Positions 56,708 through 64,000 of a DNA stretch of 64,000 nucleotides are shown here, in pieces. The stretch is taken from the NCBI GenBank assembly GCA_963717365.1, contig OY970327.1, positions 395,599-459,598 of the forward strand, read 5' to 3'. Numbering within the stretch: position 1 is the stretch's first letter; the number at the start of each line of letters is the position of its first letter. Below the pieces are notes generated by a model. That model was given only the letters and a program-made list of their open reading frames with translations. It was not told the DNA's origin and searched no databases. The translations under genes were made by a program, and so were the position numbers. Source of the DNA: Candidatus Saccharimonadia bacterium. GTDB taxonomy: Bacteria; Patescibacteriota; Saccharimonadia; Saccharimonadales; 2-12-FULL-41-12.

Positions 56708-56852
56708 TTTCTCTCCCTTACTAAAAATGGACGGTTGCCGCTTTTCCAGTCCAACAAGCCGAAGCCGTCTTTCTGAAGCAACCGCCCATTAAGAGCAGAA
56801 AATAAAAACAGCCCGACATATAGTTGAATTGGAAAAGCACTATCATTATATC

Positions 56853-57365
56853 TCATACGCTTCGCTTCTTAATTAACTCGTTATATTTTTGCTTATAATT
56901 TTCACGATTTATGCTTTCTTTTAAATCTATTTCTTTGTCTTTAATACCCCCCAACTTTTGGGGAGGGTAAGCGGAATTATTGGGTACCCCCCTCACCGTT
57001 TTTTGGAGAGGGGTGTGGGTACTTTCTTCCATGTTATCCAACACTTTAACTAAACCATTCCATGTATGGCGGTATGATTCTCCTGAAATAAGTTTTCTTT
57101 CGATAAATGATTTTTCTTCTAAACCCTTAAGTGCCTTTTTAACTGTTTTGATATCGGCACCCATTTCATTAGCAATTCTTTGATGACGAAGCTTTTTGTT
57201 TTCGCCATATGAAATAACGATTAGTAATACAATAGCTTCGGATTTGCCAAGGTTTAGTTTTCCGAGATTTCTTAACAATTTATTTGGAATCTGAGTGTAA
57301 TAATGAAGTGCAGTATATGGACCCCATTTCCGCTCAAAGGTTTTTGAGGATTTTACAAATGTCAT
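56853..57365 (-). CDS. winged-helix/HTH DNA-binding protein (possible replication or regulatory function)
   Basis: The central segment QRIANEMGADIKTVKKALKGLEEKSFIER resembles a wHTH. The assignment is tentative. Confidence 0.55.
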   Translation of the reverse strand: MTFVKSSKTFERKWGPYTALHYYTQIPNKLLRNLGKLNLGKSEAIVLLIVISYGENKKLRHQRIANEMGADIKTVKKALKGLEEKSFIERKLISGESYRHTWNGLVKVLDNMEESTHTPLQKTVRGVPNNSAYPPQKLGGIKDKEIDLKESINRENYKQKYNELIKKRSV

Positions 57366-57622
57366 CAGATTATCTCGTATTCCACCAATACATCTCGCAC
57401 CGCGTCTTCAATCAGTAAACCAAGTTCGTGTTTAACAGGATGACAAAGGTCTACATTCTTTTTTCGAGGGTAAACAAGTCGTATTCCACCGTGCGGGCGA
57501 GTGTGGATACCAACACCCCCGATGAACAGAGCGTCAAAAAGCACAAAACTCGCAAAAGCTATCAGTCCAAATTTAGGTCTGATTGGAACGATTTCTATTT
57601 CAGATATTATCGGTGTTTCCAC
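57365..57622 (-). CDS. SpoVG-like protein
   Basis: 85 aa. By-eye alignment to SpoVG: GLIAFASFVLFDALFIGGVGIH...LVYPRK....CHPV..EL...IEDAV. Confidence 0.55.
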   Translation of the reverse strand: METPIISEIEIVPIRPKFGLIAFASFVLFDALFIGGVGIHTRPHGGIRLVYPRKKNVDLCHPVKHELGLLIEDAVRDVLVEYEII

Positions 57623-57741
57623 TTGAATTGCTTTCTATGGTCGCAAGCAATTCAAAGAAGCTGACTAATTTTTCTATCACATCTTCTTCACTTCCTGCGG
57701 ACATACAGAAAGTAAATCAAAATTAAAAGTCAGAGATATCT

Positions 57742-58293
57742 CTAACTTATTTTGGGAATTTTGCTCTGATGTTTTCTGGAAAAGTAAAATTCTTTAGTTG
57801 TGACTACGAATATCGTACCAAGCCTATATTTCAAATCAATCTTAGTCTGAATTCGTGAAACTGTGAGTGATATTGCTTTAGGACTCTTAAAGTCTCTCCG
57901 TTCATTTTGGAATTTCTCAAATACGTCTCCAACCTGGAATTTCTTTTTGTGTGGTCGTCCGTCCTTTTTCTTAAACATAATTGAAAGGATATCCGCTTCT
58001 TTACCCTCAAAATGCATTGATAAATTTCGCTGAAAATATAAATCTTGTTTCTTGTGATCGTAGCGCAGAAGAAACCCTCTTTTAGGAATATAAGCAAAAT
58101 ATGAAACTGTTTCCTCTAATTCATCTAATTTTAAGTTGTTTTTCCTTGTTTCTTTGATTAAATCATCAAGCTTTCCGATGATCGTCACATAGGCATGGAA
58201 ATCATTATTCAGTAAACGCCTTATGTCGTTTTCTTCCGGCGAACCAAAAGGGTCGTTATTCTCAGAATCTTTCATCACATCTTCCTTATACAA
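57742..58293 (-). CDS. hypothetical protein with a possible OmpR/PhoB-type winged-helix C-terminus
   Basis: The C-terminal EADILSIMFKK...ISLTVSRIQTKI pattern resembles the trans_reg_C wing. Weak. Confidence 0.5.
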   Translation of the reverse strand: MYKEDVMKDSENNDPFGSPEENDIRRLLNNDFHAYVTIIGKLDDLIKETRKNNLKLDELEETVSYFAYIPKRGFLLRYDHKKQDLYFQRNLSMHFEGKEADILSIMFKKKDGRPHKKKFQVGDVFEKFQNERRDFKSPKAISLTVSRIQTKIDLKYRLGTIFVVTTKEFYFSRKHQSKIPKIS

Positions 58294-58335
58294 TCAGTAT
58301 AGGGGTATTCACTAAATAAACGGGAGAAAAAGTAA

Positions 58336-58545
58336 ATGATTATCTCAATTAAAGAAGCACGTAAGATTCTTGGCAATATAGCCAATACCATGACAGACAA
58401 GCAGATTGAAGAATTAGTCGAGACGCTTGATGTACTAGCCGTACAGGCATTAAAAATTGCGCGAGAAAAACGTATAAAAGAAGATGCTCAGGCATTGGCC
58501 GAGCTGACCTATGACATATACACAGATAAAAACGACAATTCTTAA
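58336..58545 (+). CDS. small hypothetical helical protein
   Basis: 69-aa ORF with a good RBS (GGGAGAAAAAGTAA-ATG), divergent from 57742-58293. Confidence 0.45.
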   Translation: MIISIKEARKILGNIANTMTDKQIEELVETLDVLAVQALKIAREKRIKEDAQALAELTYDIYTDKNDNS

Positions 58546-58603
58546 GTGTTATTCTCAAGCGTAAGCATTATGAAAACCAAGCACCATTGGTTAACATTAA
58601 GTC

Positions 58604-60730
58604 ATGAGAGTTGACTTTCACTGCCATACAAAAAAGGTAAAATCGGGCGAAGTTGCCACGCGTAATGTCACGCCAGAATTATTTGCAGAAAAAGTACGAA
58701 ATGCAGACGTAAAAATCGTAGCCATCACTAACCATAACGTATTCGATACTACCCAGTACAACGAGCTAGCTACTGCTGCTGGAGATGATTGCCAAGTATG
58801 GCCTGGTATCGAGCTTAATATTAATGGAAGTAATGGAAAGCAATGGCACTTGATAGTAGTAAGTAATCCTGAAACAGTGAGCGACTTCTATGACATTGTA
58901 TCTAAACTGACACACGGAGTTAGTCCGGAAGACTGTTATCTTGATATAGAAAATGTGGTGAGTGGCTTGTCGAGCATTGAATGCTTTTATTTACCTCACT
59001 ATCATAAAAGTCCTGAAATATCCGAAGAAGATTCTAAGAAGCTACTGGAGCTGGTAGGCGAAAGCTTTAAGATACTTAACGAAACCTCTGACATCAGATC
59101 AATGGGAGTTTTTGCTAATCACAACACGCGCGTTATCGTCGGAAGTGACGTAAAAGACTGGAATGACTACGAAGAGTCGTCATTTTCAGAGTTAAGGCTA
59201 CCCGTTGAAAGTTTTCATCAGCTTTATATGTTAGCAAAACGTGATCCACAAGTGGTAACTAGCCTTTTGGATAAGAACGATTCAAGGAGCTTAACGATAA
59301 ATTTTGCAGAAAAAGTAAAACTAGACCTCAAGCTATATAAAGAAGTTAACGTAGTTTTTGGCCCTAAAGGCACTGGCAAAAGTGAAATCCTTAAAGCAGT
59401 ACAGGAGACATTTGAAAAACAGGGCTACAGCTGCTGCGTATATCGCGGAAGCGAGAAGGACAGCCAATTCAATCAGCTATTGTCTGCTGACGACATGATG
59501 AGACACGTGGGCAAAGTGAACGCACTATCTTGCGAAGATCACTTTCAGGCTATTAAAGACTGGGAAGACAAAAGCCCCACACCAATACAGGATTATGTTC
59601 AATGGATTAACACCAAGGACATTAATGCTAATAAACAGCGTATGAAGATTACTCTCGCGAGTACATACCAGCAAGAAGACGGTCAAGAATTTGAGCAGGT
59701 TAAGGAAGATATTAAAAACATCCGCCGAGCAATCCGGGTCTTTAACCGAGTAGATGCCACAAAATACCTTACGTCTGCTGATTCAAAACAACTTGATACA
59801 CTTCTCGCTCGACTCGAAGATTTAATCGCAAATAAGTATCGCGATGAGCTTATCAATGTGTACGCTTCACAATTTAGTAACTGGAGTATCGAGATAATAA
59901 AGCGTCTCACTGATAAAAAAACGAATACCGTGTCGCGTCCTGGCACAACGGGATTTAGCCCTTTTGCGGCTAACCGCATAAAGCTACATCGGAGTGTCCA
60001 ATCAATCTTAAATAACATCAACGGCAAAGAGGTACGTGAGCGAAAATCGATTGGTAGCCTTGAAAGTAAGGGTAATGTTTATATTCAGTCGCGGTACAGG
60101 ATGTGCTGTAGTGAATCCAGGAGCGGGGAGTTCGGGGACAAAAAAGTTACGGATATTAAAAATGCGTTAAAACTATTGGGGGGCGTTAAAGAGAACTACT
60201 GTAGTGAGGATATCTACCATCAAGTTAGCACCTTATCGGATGAGCTGGAAACTACAGGCGTTAACTCCACCGAGCAATTCCTAGGACTTTCGAAAGAAGT
60301 TATCTTATCGAATGGCGAGGAGTATAAGCCCTCAAATGGGGAGAAGTCTATCCTCATGATGCAAAAAGTTCTAGGCGAAGATAAGGACGTATATATCTTT
60401 GACGAACCTGAACTTGGAATGGGCAACTCCTATATAGACAAGAATATTCGTCCGAAAATATCCAATTTAGGCAAGAGTAACAAAACGGTGGTCATAGCGA
60501 CACACAATGCCAATATTGCGGTCAGGACGTTACCTTATGCAACCATCTTCCGAGACCATGATAATGGTGTTTATAAAACATACATTGGCAATCCGTTTAT
60601 CAACTCCCTGATCAATATAAGAGATGATAATGATGTAATAAGCTGGAAAGAAACAAGTATGACGGTACTCGAAGGGGGTGTTGAAGCATTTTACGAAAGA
60701 AAGGATATTTATGAGTCAAGAAATAATTAA
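58604..60730 (+). CDS. PHP-domain phosphoesterase fused to an ABC/SMC-type ATPase (Ppl-like candidate defence protein)
   Basis: PHP ligand pattern FHCHT, ITNH, GIE, HLIV, PHYH, GSDVKDW. ATPase motifs GPKGTGKSE (Walker A), SNGEKS (signature-like), VYIFDEPELGMG (Walker B/D-loop) and ATHN (H-loop). Confidence 0.85.
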   Translation: MRVDFHCHTKKVKSGEVATRNVTPELFAEKVRNADVKIVAITNHNVFDTTQYNELATAAGDDCQVWPGIELNINGSNGKQWHLIVVSNPETVSDFYDIVSKLTHGVSPEDCYLDIENVVSGLSSIECFYLPHYHKSPEISEEDSKKLLELVGESFKILNETSDIRSMGVFANHNTRVIVGSDVKDWNDYEESSFSELRLPVESFHQLYMLAKRDPQVVTSLLDKNDSRSLTINFAEKVKLDLKLYKEVNVVFGPKGTGKSEILKAVQETFEKQGYSCCVYRGSEKDSQFNQLLSADDMMRHVGKVNALSCEDHFQAIKDWEDKSPTPIQDYVQWINTKDINANKQRMKITLASTYQQEDGQEFEQVKEDIKNIRRAIRVFNRVDATKYLTSADSKQLDTLLARLEDLIANKYRDELINVYASQFSNWSIEIIKRLTDKKTNTVSRPGTTGFSPFAANRIKLHRSVQSILNNINGKEVRERKSIGSLESKGNVYIQSRYRMCCSESRSGEFGDKKVTDIKNALKLLGGVKENYCSEDIYHQVSTLSDELETTGVNSTEQFLGLSKEVILSNGEEYKPSNGEKSILMMQKVLGEDKDVYIFDEPELGMGNSYIDKNIRPKISNLGKSNKTVVIATHNANIAVRTLPYATIFRDHDNGVYKTYIGNPFINSLINIRDDNDVISWKETSMTVLEGGVEAFYERKDIYESRNN

Positions 60731-61043
60731 AGTTGTCCTTTCCCAGCAAGGCGAAAGCGATGTTCTCACATTCGATATTAAAGAAAACGAAAAGGCACAA
60801 GAGTATTTTGTAGATCTTGGTGATTCGGCAAATAGTCAAACTCAACTCAAACGTATCTTTTCGCGACTGCTTACAATTCTCATCGAGAAGGACATCGCAT
60901 TAAAGCTTCAGGTAGAGAAAGGTTTTACGCGTGCGCTTCAACGGGAGGTAAGCAATGAATATATACAAGAATTAAATGAGGAGCTGAAAAAAGTTAAAGA
61001 GTTAATTGCAGAGCAATTAGCTGACGAAGAGTCAGAAAGCTGA
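60711..61043 (+). CDS. small acidic hypothetical protein, translationally coupled to the PHP-ATPase
   Basis: ATG at 60711 is preceded by AAAGGA and overlaps the upstream stop (60730) by 20 nt. About 110 aa, with a helical C-terminus. Confidence 0.55.
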   Translation: MSQEIIKVVLSQQGESDVLTFDIKENEKAQEYFVDLGDSANSQTQLKRIFSRLLTILIEKDIALKLQVEKGFTRALQREVSNEYIQELNEELKKVKELIAEQLADEESES

Positions 61044-61183
61044 CTTAAAGGCTCCTCACCATATAACCAAGGATACTAATCTAGTAATACAGATAGTGGG
61101 TTTTATTATCTGTAATTAGTATGGATTTTGGATACGCATATTGCTATACTCATCATATTATTTATGGTTACTAGAAGTAAAAA

Positions 61184-63025
61184 ATGAGATTCCTTGGAAA
61201 TAAAGACTCGATCTTGCCGGAGATCCGTAGCTTACTTGAAGAAAAGGGATTAACAAAAAAACGTCTCGTATTCTTCGATGCCTTTTGTGGTTCCGGCTCC
61301 GTTGCAAATCATTTTAAAGATGACTTCGACTTAATAATTAACGATCTCTTGGATTGGTGTGTAGTCTACTCAAGAGGTAGACTTTTTGCCGGAGAAATGC
61401 ACTTTCAGAGTCTTGGTTTCGACCCCATTGATTACTTAAATGATTCGCCAAACACGATTGAGGGGTTCTTCTATTCAAATTACTCCCCTGGTGGCTCAAG
61501 TAGAATGTATCTATCAAAACAAAATGCGGGTAGAGTCGACTTTATGCGCGGCCAAATTGAGCTGTGGCATTCAAAAAAACTTTTATCCGGCAACGAGAGA
61601 GACTACCTGCTTGCGTGTTTAATTGAGTCAATATCACTAGTTGCAAATGTGGCAGGAGTATACGGAGCATTTCTCAAGCATTGGGACAACAGAGCATTAA
61701 AGCCACTACGACTAGTTAGAATTGGGAATGAAACCGAGACACATAACAACATCGCATCTTTTAATAAAAAACTGGAGGATATTATTCAGGATGTTACTTG
61801 CGACATACTCTATATTGATCCACCCTATACGCAGAATCAGTATGGCACGCAGTACCATCTGTTACAGACTTTGGTTTTAAACGACAAGCCAACGATCAGT
61901 AAAATTACAGGCTCTCGACCTACTGGCCCCATGAGATCGGACTGGTCTAAAGATTTTAAAGCACATATTCTATTCGATAGCATAGTTGCGAAAACTAAGG
62001 CGAGGTATATCATTTTTAGCTATAGCACCGATGGCTTAATGACGAAAGGCTTTATTGAATCAATCCTTAAACGCTATGGGAAAGAAGAAACCTATCTCTG
62101 CAAAGAACTATCTTACAAGAGATATGGGAACCATAAATCAATTAAGAAAAATGGGCACTCTGAATATCTGTTCTTTGTGGAGAAGAAAGATCCTAAAGAA
62201 ATTGATTATGAATCACCTCTGAACTATATAGGTAGTAAGTCAAAACTGGTCAAGTACATAGAAAAGAACCTGCCTGCTCAATATAATCGTTTTTTTGACC
62301 TGTTTGGCGGTGGATTTAACGTTGGCATAAATATTGATGATAAAGAAGTATTCTATAACGACGCCAATTACTTTGTTAGAGATCTCGTAGAGTCCTTCCA
62401 AAAAAACGACACGTACCAATATCTTCTTTATATCAGGAAGATATCTAGACGGTTTGACCTAAAGGCGTCCTACGCCGAAGGTTTTTTAGCAGCCAGAAAA
62501 TACTATAACTCCCTCCCAGCAAACGTACGTGATCCACGTCTTCTATACACAGTTTTACTGTATGGGTTTCAGCAGCAACTTCGGTTTAATAGCAGGCACG
62601 AATTCAATAATCCTGTCGGTATGAGATGGTTCAACGATAGAGTATTAGCTAAGATGATAAGTTTTTCTAGAAAAATCAAAGAGGGCTCCTTTACATTCTC
62701 TGCGGAAGATTTTTTGAGTCTAGAACCACAAATACTGAAAGGCGACTTCGTTTACATGGATCCGCCCTACAGGCTAACGCGTGGCTCGTATAACGACGGC
62801 AAGCGAGGTTTTGGGGGCTGGGATATTCAGACTGAGCGTAAGTTGCTCGATTTTGCAGATAGGCTTGATAAGAAAGACGCGTTTTTTATGATTTCATATG
62901 TTGTTGAGCATGGGGGTGAATTTAATGACATTGTTAATGCTTGGGTTGCAGACCAAGGATATAAAACCATTGAAATTTCTGCACAGAATATTCGACGAAA
63001 AGAGATTTTAATAGTAAATTACTAA
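61184..63025 (+). CDS. tandem (two-domain) Dam-like N6-adenine DNA methyltransferase, FokI-methylase-like architecture
   Basis: Two complete motif sets: FFDAFCGSGS plus LYIDPPY in the first half, and FFDLFGGGFN plus VYMDPPY in the second half. Confidence 0.88.
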   Translation: MRFLGNKDSILPEIRSLLEEKGLTKKRLVFFDAFCGSGSVANHFKDDFDLIINDLLDWCVVYSRGRLFAGEMHFQSLGFDPIDYLNDSPNTIEGFFYSNYSPGGSSRMYLSKQNAGRVDFMRGQIELWHSKKLLSGNERDYLLACLIESISLVANVAGVYGAFLKHWDNRALKPLRLVRIGNETETHNNIASFNKKLEDIIQDVTCDILYIDPPYTQNQYGTQYHLLQTLVLNDKPTISKITGSRPTGPMRSDWSKDFKAHILFDSIVAKTKARYIIFSYSTDGLMTKGFIESILKRYGKEETYLCKELSYKRYGNHKSIKKNGHSEYLFFVEKKDPKEIDYESPLNYIGSKSKLVKYIEKNLPAQYNRFFDLFGGGFNVGINIDDKEVFYNDANYFVRDLVESFQKNDTYQYLLYIRKISRRFDLKASYAEGFLAARKYYNSLPANVRDPRLLYTVLLYGFQQQLRFNSRHEFNNPVGMRWFNDRVLAKMISFSRKIKEGSFTFSAEDFLSLEPQILKGDFVYMDPPYRLTRGSYNDGKRGFGGWDIQTERKLLDFADRLDKKDAFFMISYVVEHGGEFNDIVNAWVADQGYKTIEISAQNIRRKEILIVNY

Positions 63026-63030
63026 TAATC

Positions 63031-64000
63031 ATGACTCCTCATTTCACCATAAAGAATAAATTTCAAAAACGTCAGGATCAGTACTCGGATTTATTGACCG
63101 AAGATATACTCGCAGACATTTGTTACAGGATAACCGGTCAACGTAACTATACGTGCGACTTTCTTGATGAGGTAAACGTAGGACGACTGGCTACATTGGA
63201 GTACGAGGGCACGATTGCTTACGTATCTTTCTCGGAAGATTCAGTTCACGGTAGGAATTCAAGCTTCCAGAGTCTACCCAGCGCATTTACTCGATACTTC
63301 CTGGATGAACATACCAGCAAACGTATGTGTTTTTACTTCCTCCCAGCAGAAGGCTCGTACGAATCAGCCTATTTCAATTTTATGTATAGGCTAATGAACA
63401 CAGCCGGGATCGAGTTATTAAATCCAGAAAATCATCTCAGCACAGAGATAAATCCGTTCACGTCAGCTGATGACTTGATATTAAGCAGGGATAGTAATAG
63501 ATCAAGAAATCGGAGCAATAACTCCACCTATATAACAAAAGATGAGAATAACAGGGTTCAAGTCTACGGTAAAACTTATGGAGCTAGCAAGAAGGAGACG
63601 ACTCTGCTATGCGTAGCTCTGTCAAGAATATCGAATGATCATATAAATCTGTATCAAATAACGGAGCAAAATCTCACCACCCTCCCAGCACCTGATATGC
63701 AAGTCTTAGAGCAACTTGGAAACATCAATATTGTAATAACTGATATGCGACTCGAAAGAACCGAATTTGAAGCTGACGACAGCCTAAGGTCACCAAGATT
63801 TATATACAACTTATTAGCGAAGCTTGGACCGAAAAAATGTACATTCTGTGATTGTGAGATTCCTGAACTAATACAAGGTGCGCATATCTGGCCTGTTGCC
63901 TCCATCAAACGAGACAGCTCTCTTTCGCTAGAACAAAAGCTAGAGCACGCTATGGATGGTGATAATGGAATATGGCTGTGCGAGAACCATCATAAGCTAC
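63031..64000 (+). CDS. HNH-motif restriction endonuclease candidate; C-terminus beyond the window
   Basis: ATG at 63031, translated by hand and open to 64000. C-terminal CTFCDCEIPELIQGAHIWPV...DGDNGIWLCENHHKL is an HNH/zinc-finger nuclease pattern. Not in the ORF track because it is edge-truncated. Confidence 0.75.
   Translation, partial: MTPHFTIKNKFQKRQDQYSDLLTEDILADICYRITGQRNYTCDFLDEVNVGRLATLEYEGTIAYVSFSEDSVHGRNSSFQSLPSAFTRYFLDEHTSKRMCFYFLPAEGSYESAYFNFMYRLMNTAGIELLNPENHLSTEINPFTSADDLILSRDSNRSRNRSNNSTYITKDENNRVQVYGKTYGASKKETTLLCVALSRISNDHINLYQITEQNLTTLPAPDMQVLEQLGNINIVITDMRLERTEFEADDSLRSPRFIYNLLAKLGPKKCTFCDCEIPELIQGAHIWPVASIKRDSSLSLEQKLEHAMDGDNGIWLCENHHKL

Larger units (their letters stand above)
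55208..64000. mobile_element. tRNA-Asn-adjacent integrative element (left end only; continues past the window edge)
   Basis: Serine integrase abutting a tRNA 3' end, followed by regulatory/replication-like genes and defence cargo. The core gene smpB lies on the other side of the tRNA. Confidence 0.6.

Noticed and set aside
56708-56852. Long-range 10-bp inverted repeat, GGACGGTTGC (56729-56738)/GCAACCGCCC (56780-56789), between the wHTH gene and the recombinase was considered as attP or an sRNA.
   Set aside because: It has a large unstructured loop and no further support. Most simply it is a terminator or operator between two element genes.
63654-63908. 84-aa minus-strand ORF.
   Set aside because: It is antisense to the edge-truncated HNH nuclease ORF, which is open from 63031 to 64000.

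Overview
Gene-dense, mid/low-GC bacterial window with tightly packed or overlapping genes. The content looks like a streamlined genome: rplJ-rplL, dnaX-dnaB, ybaB-recR, cysS, a complete F1Fo ATP synthase operon, pgi/pgl/zwf, a few glycoside hydrolases, a cell-envelope glycosyltransferase cluster and smpB. This is consistent with a Patescibacteria/CPR (Saccharibacteria-like) organism, but that is inference only, with no search run. Two accessory regions interrupt the core. (1) 16.8-24.6 kb lies directly downstream of tRNA-Gln. It has a 14-bp duplication of the tRNA 3' end, a nuclease-SF2 helicase fusion convergent with two DNA methyltransferases, and five orphan genes. One orphan is a strikingly GC-rich, TerD-like gene that looks recently imported from a high-GC donor. 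(2) 55.0 kb to the right edge starts at a tRNA-Asn(GUU) gene split by a hand-foldable ~229-nt group I intron. It is followed by a large serine recombinase whose ORF runs antisense into the tRNA. The cargo includes a PHP-ABC ATPase (Ppl-like) with a coupled small ORF, and a FokI-style double Dam-like methyltransferase with a partial HNH nuclease. Other oddities: a lower-GC orphan ORF translationally coupled between atpG and atpD, a frameshifted coiled-coil ORF after smpB, a RecR lacking the Cys4 zinc finger, and an rplJ leader with an attenuator hairpin. No rRNA, CRISPR array or transposase was seen. All product calls rest on motifs read by eye.
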